This document shows, piece by piece, positions 40,283 through 52,932 of a stretch of 64,000 nt of DNA (within the stretch, counting starts at the first letter, position 1; every line of letters starts with the position of its first letter). Both the position numbers and the translations under genes were made by a program. A model generated the notes under the pieces. That model searched no databases. It saw nothing but the letters and a program-made list of their open reading frames with translations, and was not told the DNA's origin. Source of the stretch: Heteronotia binoei (Eukaryota). Location: the NCBI RefSeq assembly GCF_032191835.1, contig NC_083223.1, positions 163,370,001 to 163,434,000 of the forward strand, given 5' to 3'.

Positions 40283-40444
40283 AGGGGTTACCAACCTCCA
40301 GGTAATAGCTTGAGATCTCCTGCTATTACAGTTGATTTCTATGTGATATAATCAGTTCACCTGGAGGACATGGCTGTTTTGGAAACTGGACTCTATGGTA
40401 TATACCCGATTTAGGTATTTCCCAACCTGGAGTTGGCAACCCTA
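40283..40444 (+). mobile_element. Short TAGGGTTGCC-family hAT MITE inserted in a tRNA-SINE head
   Basis: aggggttaccaa...ttggcaacccta with an 8-bp TSD ctcaatgg/ctcagtgg. The host SINE runs from about 40261 to 40520. Confidence 0.75.
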
Positions 40445-40576
40445 CTCAGTGGTACTACACACTCTTTGTATGAATAAAGTCCCAGGTTTGATCCCTACAG
40501 GGCCAGTTTCAAACCTGCCCAAGGTGAGGCTCCACCCTTCCCACCCTTGCTCCTGGCAAGGGCAAGCACAATAGCA

Positions 40577-40736
40577 GTGGTGCAACTCCTGTGCCTCAGA
40601 GCACACAAGCCACCTGGCTGCCATCATTCAGCCTCCCCAGAATGCACTTCTGGAAGCCTCGAGAAGCATAGACCCAGGAAGCCGAGCAATGGCAGCCAAG
40701 CAGTATGTGCACTCTGAGATGCAGGAGCCACACCAC
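40577..40736. repeat. Imperfect inverted repeat (about 48-bp arms), probably MITE-derived
   Basis: gtggtgcaactcctg...ctggctgccat pairs with atggcagccaag...caggagccacaccac. Confidence 0.65.
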
Positions 40737-41035
40737 CACGCTTGCCTATTTCCCTCATCATGGAGATAAGGGAGGAGGGCCCAAATTGGTGCCCTCTGCA
40801 ACAACTAGGGCTTCCTAATGGCCAGGCCAGCCCTGGATCCCTAGAACTTTTTGGTGCAGGCAGCCATTTTTGGGAAATGCTATTTTCTGCCTAAGAGATC
40901 TTGCACAGTTAGATGGACCACCAGGCTAACGCCATATAAATCAAATTTCTATGCTTACATAAGCAGCTGGTATTGTACATCAGGGGTCCTGTGTGTATTT
41001 TTTACAGACATTTCCTGTCCTTCTCCCAGTATCTT

Positions 41036-41491
41036 TAGGGTTGTCAAGTCCAATTCAGGAAATATGTGGGAACTTTGGGGTGGAACCAGGAGTAAGGTTG
41101 TGACAAGCATAATTGAACTCCATAGGGAGTTCTGGCCATCACATTTAAAAGGACAACACACCTTTTAAATGCCTTCCCTCCATGGGAAATAATGGATAGG
41201 GGCATCTTCTTTTGGGGCTCATAGAATTGGACCCCCTGGTCCAATCTTTTTGAAACTTGAAGAGTGTTTTGAGGAGAGGCACCAGATGCTATGCTGAAAA
41301 TTTGGTACCTCTAACTCAAAAAACAGGGCCCCCCAAAGCACCAGATACTTATGGATCAATTCTCCATTATACCCTATGGGAATTGGTCCCCATAGGAAAT
41401 AATGGAGTGCCCAGCAGACACCACCCACCCTGCTTTCTGATGACCCTGAAGCGGAGGAAAGGGCTTCCAAACCAGGGGATCGGCAGCCCTT
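41036..41491 (-). mobile_element. hAT-like non-autonomous element, same family as 1-490
   Basis: Reverse-complement homology to 1-490 along its length. TSD-like flanks agtatctt/agtatccc. Confidence 0.8.
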
Positions 41492-42199
41492 AGTATCCCT
41501 AATCCAAAGGGTGGCTGCTGAAAACTCTGGTGTAGGGATAAATAATTCACAGCTCTTTCCCTCCCACATTTAGGATTAGGAAGCAAAGCTTCCAAAACAG
41601 ATGTCAATGCTTAAAGGCCAGCACCTCGCTTTTGAGAGATTAAGTACCACTGCCCACTCAGTCACCTTTTTAAAGGGGCACAGAGGACGAGCTCAAATCA
41701 TCATGATTCATTAATCTTCGTGGAAAAATAGAGAGTAAAATGACCCTGGAAACAAAGTAATAACTCCTTTGCATTAAACTGTGCATGCCCTAGTTGGTAT
41801 CTAATCACGTAGAAATCCATCACCCCTCTTGCCTGGCCCTGGCTTTTAGGCACTTTAGTGGCATTTTGCAGCTCAGACACTTTTGACCCCGACTGCTTCT
41901 GACACACATGCTTTTTGAAAAACGAAAATAGGAAGTTGAATCACAAAAGCCGGGCAAAGGGATTGAGGGCCAACAGCTTCCAAGTGCCCCACTGAGCATG
42001 CTCGGCCAGACTGAGCCGCCTCCTCATTGCAAGGTAAGAGTCTATAGAATTTTACAAAAGCAGAAAACATGTGTCTTCCCCTTCCACCTTCAGCAGTGGC
42101 AAGTTATTTTCTCTGCCTTTTCCCTCTGTTTAAATTCCTCGTTTTAATAAGCCGCCTCCCAAACAACAGCACAAACTCAAAAGAGCTATGTTAACCGTG

Positions 42200-42960
42200 C
42201 TTACAGGGTGCTCGCCTCCCTTCAATCACTAGCTCCACCTCTCAGGGCTTTATGTAGGCCTACCCTCGCTCCAGCATCAGGGGCTGAGCCCCAAAAGGCG
42301 AGAGTCATGCTGCTGTTCCTCCCTCGGTATGGGGTCCACGTTATATTACAAGCACTCACGCTAGACTTCTCTTTTCTGTTCCGATTTCCAACTTTTCTGC
42401 CAGTCCCTGAAAGGGCTGACTTCAATTCTACTAATGCGCAAGCGTAACTGGAACCCATTTCCACCACTAGAGAGGAAAATACTCTCCAAGTCCAGGGAAA
42501 ACGCTGAATTGCTTCTCTGATTGGTTCTCTCCCTCCTTTCTACAGCCGCTCTGTTCTCAGACTCAAAAGGAGCCGCAATACCCTTCTGTTAGGAAGAGGC
42601 AGTAGAGCTGTCTCCATCCCAAGAAGCCGCTTATCCGTTTGCACACAAAGCGAGCACCATCTACGCCGCCCCCCAATGTGCCCTTTCAATGGATTTTTCT
42701 CACCCAGACAAAAACATCCTGATCTTTCCGCAGCTTTTCTGTCCAGTTCCCATCTCTTAATAGGGAATTGAAGAGGCTCGTCGGTTTCTTTGTTTTCTAT
42801 TGCTCCTGCTAGATACTTTTTAAGGGCCTGGCGATGTATTCTCTCCGAAACTGGTGGCGCGGCTCTGTCTCCTGTTTTTTTCTTAACCACTTCCTTCCAT
42901 CGTGTTGGACTTCCTCAAGTCAGACATGCCTCCGTGAGCAAAAGGGGAGGGGGAAGCCGG
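42200..42960. promoter_or_regulatory. CpG-enriched candidate bidirectional promoter
   Basis: CpG density is well above the flanks. CCAAT box ctgattggtt near 42520 and tgcgca near 42435. Plus donor ctcc|gtgagc at 42934 and minus donor ctagc|gtgagt at 42359. Confidence 0.5.
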
Positions 42961-43185
42961 TCTATTACAAGAACCTTCAGGACAATTTGATATTCTGCAC
43001 ACAAACGGTTGTAGCCATGTGTACAGTTCCACTGTGAAGAGTGCAGGACATTGTCACTATATTCCCAAGTGCAATGTTTTTTGTTTCCTCTCAGAAATGC
43101 ATGGCAGCCATAAGCATATTAGCGAGGGAGCTCATTTAGGAGTATAGTTGCATCTTGTCAAGAGTAACATCTGCTATTTCAGCTA

Positions 43186-43466
43186 CAGAGCCAGCTGATG
43201 TAGTGGTTAAGTGTTTGGACTCTTATCTGGGAGAGCTGGGTTTGATTCCTCACTCCTCCACTTGCACCTGCTTGAATGGCCTTGGGTCAGTCATAGCTCT
43301 CTCAGGAGTTGTCATTGAAAGGGCAGCTGCTGTAAAAAGCTCTCTCAGCCCCACCTATCTCACAGGGTGTCTGTTGTGGGGGGGGGGTGGCAAAGGTAGA
43401 GGAGATTGTGACCGCTTTTAGATTCAGAGTTAAGGGCAGGGTATAACTCCAATATGATCTTCTTCT
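43186..43466 (+). mobile_element. tRNA-derived SINE (same family as 37930-38205)
   Basis: Colinear homology to the 37.9-kb copy. Confidence 0.88.
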
Positions 43467-45534
43467 CACATGGCCTGAGTTCTGTTTTTGGCTACTCTAG
43501 TAAGTGATGGAAGCATGGAATGCTGAGATTTGGCCCGCCACGGAAGAAATTACACATATCTCCATGTTAGGGTTTCCTGTCCAGGTACCTTAAAGGACTG
43601 GATTTCTTTAGCTCAAGCAGTAGAATTACATCAGTTACCTTTGGGGCATTCTGCTTTTATTAATCTAAGGGAAAAGTTGCTCCTCTACACTGCTTTATTT
43701 TCTTTATTACAATTTTCATCCTGTTGAGGATGATTAAATCTGGAGGCTGGAGCTGTGAACAGACAAGACAGATCTTTCTACAAACCCGAAAAATGCCTCA
43801 AGTTTGCGGAAGGAATCTGGAATCTTAAATAAAAATGAGGGTTTTTAAAAAAATCCAAAAGGATAAAAGGATCACCTGTAGCTTTAAGAAACACACAGGC
43901 TAACTTTTGGCCGGTTACGTATTCTTGACCTCACCTAACAGGCAGGGGTGGACTGGCCATTAAGAGTACCAGGACACCCACCTCTCAGTGATAGTTCCTT
44001 CCTGCCTGAGCTTGGCCAGTCCTGTGATAGAAGGGCACCATGAAAGATGGGGAGGTGGCTCCCAGCCTTCATAAGGTGGGGTGGAGTAGACAGGGCCCAT
44101 CCTCTCTGAGCCCCTCATAAGTTAAGTCAAGTCAGGGGAGATGGCACCTGGCCTGTCAGAGCCCTGTGTGAGGCAAGGCAAGGGAGGTGGTACCCAGCCT
44201 GCCCAAGTGCCACGTGAGACAAGGAAGGCAGCAACGGCACCTGCCTTAACTTGTGCAAGGTGGGATGAGGAAGGCAGCTGTGCCTGGGATAGCCTGCATG
44301 AGGCAAAGCAGTCAGCAGCATCCATATCCTGTAAGGCAATGGTCCCCCAGACTTTTTGGCAGATGATGGGGGGAGAGGGAGGGCAGGGCTGGAGCATACT
44401 ATGCAAGCATCGCATGCTATGCAAATGTCATAGTACTCCCCCAACCCTGCTCAGGCGGCTTCAACTTTCCTTTGCAAACAGAGGGGGTGGGGAGGAAAAT
44501 CAGCTCTCATGCGGCCCAGTTGCCCTGCTGTAAGGCAAAGGAGCCGGCAGTGCCTAGCTCAGCCCACAACCTCACTAGCTGAGGAAAGTGGCAGCACTCG
44601 CTTGTCTCACTTTAGAAGGCTGCAGCATCCATCTCAGCATGCACAAGGTGAGGGAAGTGGCTTCTAGCTCAGCCCACCCAAGACGCATGCAAAACCAGGG
44701 AAACATTGCTGCTTTGTCTGCTCTCCCTCCCTCCTTTGGAGGAGTAGAGCTGGGGCTAGGGGTTTTCAGGAGGGCCCTTTTCCAAGGTTTTTCACTCCCA
44801 ATCCTCCCCAGCTCACAGTGTCATTCTGAGGATAAAATGGAGAGAAGAATGCAGTAATGTGTTTTAAGTCTCCATTGTGGAGGAAAGTGGGGCATAAATG
44901 AAGTGAATAAATAAATACAGCTGAGGATAAAAGTTGGTGGTTGGGTGGAAAGGAGAGAAGCAAGTAGGGAACAGTAAAGGTATGAAGGAGGGAAATTGTG
45001 TGGAGGAGGGGATACAGGGGAAGATGAAGTACCCCTTGCATGTTCCCCACTGTATAACTGGGCCTGCAGGATGGAAAATTGAAGAGGGGTGGAAGCTACA
45101 GGTTGACAGGTGGGTGGGAAGGAGAAAGGAAAAAGGAGAGGTGATAGGGGCTTTCAGGGAAAGGAAAAATGAAATAGTGGATGCGGGATAAGATGTCCCC
45201 TGCAAGTCCTTGCTATTTTCTGCTTGTTGATACCTAATCCTTAAAGATTAGGTATCAACAAGATCCATGCAACAAGAAAACCAAACAAACCACTTTTCCT
45301 TGTTGCTTCTTTTACTACTGTCATCAAGCTAAAGGCATTTTCCCTGTTCTTACCGCTTTTTGTCTTTTGAACAGGGCTGCTTGTGATCTGAACAAAGTTC
45401 CTCTTTGGATTTATTATAAAATAATTAAAAGCCCAACTTCATCTTCTCATTCAGACATAAACAGAGGATGGTTCAAGCCTGGCCCCATATTGGTTTTTAT
45501 TTCTCATTTTGATTTCTATTAAAGAGAATCAAAT

Positions 45535-46806
45535 ATGATACCCCATCAAATATTTGGGAAACAAATTTTTACAGGGCTTCTCAGGAAAGATGTTTTATTT
45601 GGCAACGCTTTCATCATCATGCTTGTCTTTTATGGAGTTTATCAGGACAGAACCATGTTGGTTGAGTATACAGACATTGACTATCAAGTATTCACTGATG
45701 CTGCCAAATACATCACAGAGGGGAAATCTCCTTACCTAAGAGCCACATACTGTTATACTCCATTGCTGGCCTGGATCCTAACCCCAAACATCTACATTAC
45801 TCATCTGTATGGAAAGCTCCTCTTTATTGCTGGGGATCTGGTTGCTGCATACCTCATGTACCAGATTCTTCTGCTCAGAGGACAGGACAGCAGGAAGGCC
45901 TGTGGGTGCTGCGCATTCTGGCTCCTCAATCCCCTGCCCATGACTGTGTCCAGCTGAGGAAACGCTTGTAGCCAGCCTAGTCCTAGGCACCATGTGTTAT
46001 ATGGAAAAGAGGCATCTGGCCAAGGCTGCTGTTCTTTATGGCCTGTCTGTACATATGGAAATCTACCCAGTGACCTATGCACTGCCAATAGCTCTCCATT
46101 TGCAAAGCAGCAGAAGCTACAAGAAAGGGAAGACCAACAGGCTAGAGAAACAGAAAACTGGCTGCTCTATGAGCATCATCTGGGGGCTTTTCTTAGTTGT
46201 TCAGTTGGGATGTTCTGCTTTTTGGAGCTGTGGCTGGATGTACCTTTGCTGCCCTGGGCCTTGTTTTTTATTTCTGTTATGGTTGGGACTTTCTGGAGCA
46301 GACCTACCTCTACCACTTGAGCCGGAGAGATATCCACCACAACTTCTCACCCTATTTCTTCATGGTGTACTTGACCGCAGAAAGCAAGTGGAGTTTTTTC
46401 CTTGGCCTTGCAGCTTTCTTGCCTCAAATCCTGCTGCTTTTGGTTCTTTCTTTCGCTTATTACAAAAATCTTGTCCTCTGTTCCTTCCTGTACACAGCTG
46501 TTTTTGTGAGTTTTAACAAAGTATGCACATCTCAGTATTTTCTATGGTACCTTTGCCTCCTGCCACCTGTAATCCCCTTTTTGAGGATGTCCTGGCAGTG
46601 GGCTGCATTCCTTCTCCTGCTCTGGTTTATGGGCCAAGCAGTGTGGCTGGAGCCTGTGTACTTTTTGGAATTTGAGGGGCAGAACAAATTTCTTGCTCAT
46701 ATGGCTAGCAGGCTTACTCTTTCTTTTTATCAACTGTGTGATTCTTGTCCAGATTATTACTCACTATTGCACTGTGCAGATTACCAGGAGAATTAAGCTA
46801 CAGTAA
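45535..46806 (+). pseudogene. PIGM: Disabled GPI mannosyltransferase I (PIGM)
   Basis: Recognisable motifs [53 protein letters not shown] and C-terminal IWLAGL...INC..L.QII.HY. Lesions: TGA at 45955-45957 in place of Arg, an apparent 8-nt deletion near 45966, frameshifts near 46155 and 46195, and +1 near 46690. Confidence 0.93.
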
Positions 46807-48060
46807 CACTTGATTTGCTGCACCAGTTCCACAGGCAACAAGTTTTAAAAATGTGATACAAATACCATTTTGCAATGTTGTTGTTTTGGAGAGGTTTTTT
46901 TTCTTGGTTTATGGATATGAAGAGGTTTGGGGAAGGGCTGATGATGTAAGAATAACATATCCAGATTTTTAAGAAGCATCTTTGTTTGTTTGCTTGATGC
47001 TGATGCTGCCTACTCCAAAGCCCTGTGAGAGAGATCCTCTCTCCTTCCTGGAAAAAGACTTAGGAGGGGCAGGAGGCTCTTGCATTTTGCTGAGCTTTGT
47101 AAGAAGAAGAAGCAGGACAAGAAACTCTTCTGGTTCCTCTGGTAGACTCTGAGAACCTGCTGAAGGGGTGCATTTGGTGGCAGCCTTAGATAATGTCCAG
47201 ATCAGGATTTGGAGATCCACTTCTATTTGCTGTCATGGTTGTTTGTTTAAAACTTGTTAAGAATTTAGTTTTTAGTTATGTAATTTTTGGGTCCAGAAAT
47301 TATATAAGCTTTCTTTCAAGTCTGCTTTCAGTTACATCACCTTCCCCTATTGTCTCTAACACAGGGAGGCAATGAAATGAAACCATAAAAGCTCCATAGT
47401 GGCATTTCCCTAAAGGGACTGTTTAACTCCATAGCAGAGCTAAGGAGAAAGTCACTTTGGGGGATACTAGGGCGGTCCAGAGCGCCATAATCATATCTGC
47501 GTGCTCTCAGACTAGTGTATCCATTTTTATCCCGCCAGTCCTCTGAGGATTTTAGGGCAGCTTGCGTGGTTCTCCTTTTTATCCTCACAGCAATCATGTG
47601 AGGTAGGTGGGGCTGAGAGAGAATATGCAAGCCATCTAGTGAGCTTCATGGCTGATGAAGAGGGATTTGAACCTGAGTCTCCCCAGAACTCTAACCACTA
47701 CACCAGCTCTCAATATGGCATGTATTGACCATCTTGTAAAATAAGTTGATTCGAGGAGGTGGTGTTGGTGCTGAGAATGCTAGCTGGTTTAAGGATGGCA
47801 GGTTCTTGAATAGCAGAAAGGTGTGAACTGAGCAGTGAGTAGCATAAATTAAGAGTTCTGGAAAACTTGAAAGCTTGTACATTGTGTGTTATATTGGTTG
47901 GTCCTAATAGAAGATATTATGTGGCACCATACCAACTTTCTTTTCTAGTAAGAAGGCTGAGTCCAGCAGGACTCCCAAATACTTAACAGTTAGACAACCC
48001 CCCCACCACCACCACCTTTAAGACTGGTAGTATAATCCCTTCTGTTATATTCCACCTTAC

Positions 48061-48169
48061 CATCCAACATCACTGCTGTCTTATTTAGGCTCAGCCTTTG
48101 GATAATCTCCGAAAAAAATCCAGTGCTGGGGAAAACTGCTAAGAATGCTTCAACACCGGTCTTCCTTAT
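48061..48169 (-). other. Candidate exon (109 nt), possibly adhesion-GPCR GAIN-like
   Basis: Acceptor tttgttcaatag| and donor |gtaagg. Only one frame is open: IRKTGVEAFLAVFPSTGFFSEIIQRLSLNKTAVMLD. Homology is weak and judged by eye. Confidence 0.35.
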
Positions 48170-50009
48170 CTATTGAACAAATATGCTATACTTGCAAGGA
48201 TTCTCTCAGCTGATCTTGACAATACAGGTCACATGGGAATGGCTGGCAAATGTCTGTTTCCTCCCATGTTTACTTTGAAGACAAGGACTGTTATCAGGAG
48301 AGCGAAGGATATGATTTCATAAGCCTCTCCACAACATGGGTACATAAAAATCAGTGCAAGAGGCAGCCTGTAAATGCTGCTATGACTTGTACAGTTGTTT
48401 TGAGAGCATCTGTGGAAATATCACATGCAAGCTTGCTAGGTATAATCTGGAGAGCTGGCAGGTCCCCCCCCCCCCAGCTCTGCATTGAAGGTACAGCTGC
48501 AGCTTGAAACCCAGCTGGCGAAGTGCAACTGTAATGAATTATGCCAACATGTTACAGGATGTGAGGAAGTGGTTCTGCCACCCACAGATATATTTTTGTC
48601 ATATTATTGTCCTGATGGTTAGTAGTGGTACACTATGCTCATCACAAAGTAAAAAAATATACTGGGGAAAATTATATTCTTGTATACATGTGTAAATTAC
48701 ATGAGCTTAATTTCTGAAGAGAATGCCTGAGCTGAAGCCTGCCTGGCCACCATGCTTTGCTATCTGCACTATAATCCCTGTTTCTTAATCCTGAATGTGT
48801 ACTTGTCAAACTGTAGTTTGTGGATGATAAATCATTCTGTTATTTCTAACAGGCACTTTCCTGTATTATTCTAAGGCCTAGCCTGATGCGGAGAACAGTC
48901 AAAGATGGCAACTTTGCCTGTGTGTATAGTACCATACTTGGTGGTTTGCAACTGATATAATAGGCTTTCCTCCACTGTCATTCATCATGGAGCTCTGCAT
49001 TCCATAATTCATACTTCAACAACTATTTTTTCTGTAATCCTTTAAAACCTGACAGTGAATGCCTGAATGGTATGAATAGGCAGGATGTCTAAGCACAAGA
49101 AACTCTACACATTTTAATGTTTTATTGTTTGTGATCTCAGGGTAAATATTTTATTGGCTATTTCATTCAACAGTATGATGGCACATGTGTCTTATTTTTA
49201 TGACATGTTGATAAACTTGATGTTGAGCTATTTATTTGGGTAAGACACTTTTGTCTACATTCCACCCAATTAAGGTCTCTAAGGCAATGAACAATCAAAA
49301 ACACACAAAAAAGTTTTAAATGCTTATATGTATATGTTTCTATATGTATGTACAGTCCATAAGTGGAATTTTTAGGATATGTTTGACATACAAGGCTTAA
49401 CTGCATCTTGCTTATTGATATCTTCAGGTTTCCTGTAAATGTTAAAATCTTAGTGTTGCTTTCATCAGCCCTGAATAAACAGGCTGAAATTAACAAATGT
49501 TCAGTAGAATGAATTATGAAAGGCTATTCTTATGCCAAACTCTCTATGCAAAGAAGGATACCATATAGTTCTTTTGATGGCCAGAACAATACCTATAGTG
49601 AGTAAAGTGTCTATCAGAGTATGCTCAAAGGAGCATCATATACTGCCTTTACAGGGCATGAATCAGAAGGTTCAGTGAAGTCATGTATAATAATAGCATC
49701 TATGCATGCTGGCCACACTGAGGTCAGATGGGTGGCAGTCTGCAAGAGGGCCTTGTCAGTTGTGGCATCAGAACTATGAAATTCTTTCCTAGGGGATTCA
49801 TTTGTTCATCTGTTCCCCTCTATCATCAGCTTCTGCCAGCAGATTTTGCTGTTTTGTTTGCCTCTCCCTCACTGAGCCCTCCTTCCTGTTTAGGTGTTTT
49901 GTTTAGGTGTCTCAGTTCGAAATTCAATGAAATCTGCTTGGCAAAGGTCTGAGTAAGAAGCTTAGAAATTCAACTTCTTGAAATTGATTTAAGGTAGAAT
50001 AGGAATTAC

Positions 50010-50650
50010 ATAGAATCATAGAGTTAGAAGGGGCCTCTAGGGAATCTAGTCCAACCCCCTGCACAATGCAGGAAACTCACAAACACCTCCCCCTAAAATC
50101 ACAGGATCTTCATTGCTGTTAGATGGCCATCTAGCTTCTGTTTAAAAACCTCCAAGGAAGGAGAGCTTACCACCTCCCAAGGAAGCCTGTTCCACTGAGG
50201 AATCGCTCTAACGGTCAGGAAGTTCTTCCTAATGTTGAGCCGGAAACTTTTTTGAGTTAATTTCAACCCATTGGTTCTGGTCCTACCTTCCATGGCCACA
50301 GAAAACAATTCAATGCCATCCTCTATATGACAGCCCTTTAAGTACTTGAAAATGGTGATCATATCATCTCTCAGCCGCCTCCTCTCCAAGCTAAATATCC
50401 CCAGCTCCTTCAACCTTTCCTCATAGGACTTGGTCTCCAAACCCCTCACCATCTTGGTTGCCCTCCTCTGGACCCGTCCCAGCTTGTCTATATCCTTCTT
50501 AAAATGTGGTGCCCAAAACTGAAGACTCCAGATGAGGTCTTACCAGAGCAGAGTAAAGTGATACCATCACATCACGTGATCTGGACACTATACTTCTGTT
50601 GATACAGCCCAAAATTGCATTTGCCTTTTTAGCCACCACATCACACTGTT
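50010..50650 (-). mobile_element. CR1 LINE 3' fragment
   Basis: Minus ORF SYEERLKELGIFSLERRRLR...WNRLP and a ctctatgattctatg tail. Confidence 0.92.
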
Positions 50651-51672
50651 GATGTTTATATGTATGTGTGTTTATATAGGATTAAGTTATGTGGAATATG
50701 TCAGTGTTCTAGATTCCCTCTAATTTTATTGAATCCTATTTAAGAGTTATTAATTTTAAACATTTTATTGGCTAGAAAATACAAAGTTTTCACTTTGAAC
50801 CTAGAACAAATCAATAAATCTCCACTTGTTCCTTAGAGTCTGAGAGCTGTGCCTTCAAGGACTTAAAAGAATGTTCAGTCACTAATCAACACTGCAATTT
50901 AATGGTTAAATTCAGCAAAAAACCAATTAATATTCTATCTGGCTGTTTCAAGGAAGGTGGGTTCAGGTGACCAGCATAGCTCCTAGCCCAGTGATGGCGA
51001 GCCTTTTAAAGACCGAGTGCCCAAACTGCAACCCAAAACCCACTTATTTATCGCAAAGCGCCAACACGGCAATTTAACCTGAATACTGAGGTTTTAGTTT
51101 AGAAAAAAACAACTCATCGTGAAATTAACAAACTGAAAGAACATTTGGTATGGATAGCATTTGCTTAGGAAACCAACAAAATAGCAACATGTCAGAATGG
51201 GAGAATGATGGTGAGAGTGTCATAAGGCAATAAATGGAGGCTGTTCATTGCTCTGTTGCTTGCAAGTCTGGGTTAAACTGAGAACATGCCTTTCCCAGAG
51301 GTGTTCCTGTCCACCTAATTTACTTTTGAACATGTAACATACATTATAAACATCATTCTAGTTTGCCATTAGGAAAAAAGAATACATTAAAATATAGTGT
51401 GTTTAGTAGGAGCTGGTGGTTAGGGTGTCCAAATCAGATCTGGGAGGTCCTGATTCATATGCCCACTCTGCCCTGGCAGCTTGCTGGGAAACCTTGGACC
51501 AGTAATATACTCTTGAGTTAACCTGCCTCATAGGTTTGTTGTGAGGATAAAAGAGAAGGGGAGAGTGTGTCAAACCACTTCAGTGTCCCTTTGGGGGAGG
51601 AAGGCAGGGGATACATGATGTTAGTTAATAAATTAAATTGATGAAAGGAGTCCACTGATTTATATGGCTAAA

Positions 51673-51860
51673 TCTGAGTCTGGCAGCACCTTAGAGAACA
51701 AGATTTTTGAGAGTCAAAGCTCCTTTTATCTAATTGAGGGAGCTCTAATGCTGGAAAGCTTGTGCCCCCTCCCCCAAATCTTGTTGGTCTCTATGGTGCT
51801 TCTGGGCTTGAATCTAGTTGTTCTACTATGGGCCAGCACAGCTACCCTTGGAAACTTCAG
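51673..51860. mobile_element. Penelope-like terminal fragments in inverted arrangement
   Basis: gagggagct...gaaagctt...tcttgttggtctctatggtgct on the plus strand, preceded by its reverse complement agcaccttagagaacaagatt...gagtcaaagctcc. Confidence 0.5.
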
Positions 51861-51904
51861 GGATTGTCTGAATTGTATTAACTAGAAAGTCTGATGTGAG
51901 AAAG

Positions 51905-52185
51905 GAGGGCCAGTTTGGTGTAGAGGTTAAGTGCGTGGACTCTTATCTGGGAGAACCAGGTTTGATTCCCCACTCCTCCACTTTCAGCTGCTGGAATGAC
52001 CTTGGGTCAGCCATAGCTATCACAGAGCTGTCCTTGAAAGGGCAGCTTCTGGGAAAGCTTCTCTCAGCCCACCTACCTTACAGGGTGTCTTTTGTGAGGG
52101 AGGAAGATAAAGGAGATTGTGAGCTGCTCTGAGACCCTGAGATTCAGAATGAAGGGTGGTATATAAATCCAATATCTTCTTCTTT
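51905..52185 (+). mobile_element. tRNA-derived SINE (same family as 37930-38205)
   Basis: gggccagtttggtgtagaggttaag...atataaatccaatatcttc. Confidence 0.88.
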
Positions 52186-52271
52186 CTTCAAACTAAAACT
52201 GTAATCCTGTGCATGTGTAGAGAGTAGGTGCTCACTGTAGATTACTTCCAAGTAACCACGTAGAGCAAGCC

Positions 52272-52525
52272 CAATGAGGAAACGCTAAGGGACTTGGGGA
52301 TATTCAGTCTGGAGAAGAGGAGGTTGAGGGGGGAGACATGGTTGCTCTTTTGAAGTATTAGAAGGGCTGCCACTTAGAGGAGGGCAGGGAGCTGTTCCTG
52401 CTGGCAGCAGAGGAGAGGACTGGCATAGGAAGAACTTTTTAGCAGTAAGAGTTGTTCAACAGTGCAATCAACCCGCTCTCTGGCAGTCTTTAAGCAGCGG
52501 CTAGACAAAGACTTTGTCAGGGATG
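52272..52525 (+). mobile_element. CR1 3' fragment
   Basis: gaggaaacgctaagggacttgggg...ggagaagaggaggttgagg, homologous to 17.57-17.9 kb. Confidence 0.75.
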
Positions 52526-52932
52526 TTATGGAAAACCAGAACAGCAGTGCAACAGTTCAAAAACAGCTTATCAACAATTTGCCTTATGGTCCCTGTAGCG
52601 TGAAAGAGCTCTGCTCAGATACTGCTATCAGAAGCATCATATTTGAAAGCAAGGAAGCCTGCAGTTCCTCCCTTTCCACTCCTAAACCAGAGATGATCCC
52701 GGCCGCTGTTTCTGCCAGATTAGTGGGATTCAACATTTCCTGTAATAAACCCACATCCCTTCAAAAAAAATGTGCTTGATTCAAGGTCCTGATCCCTCCT
52801 CTCCTCCCCACACACCCATGCTCTCTTCTTCCCTTAGGCTTGGACCGTGCCACAACAGTTTTGAAATATGAAACACAACCAGGTCTTGGCCACATGAAAA
52901 CATGAAGTTGCCTTTTACCCATCTCTCTAGTG

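Noticed and set aside
42540-42890. 116-aa minus ORF (VKKKTGDRAAPP...) as a real gene
   Set aside because: It starts at GTG with no in-frame ATG, I recognise no homology, and it lies in a CpG-rich region.
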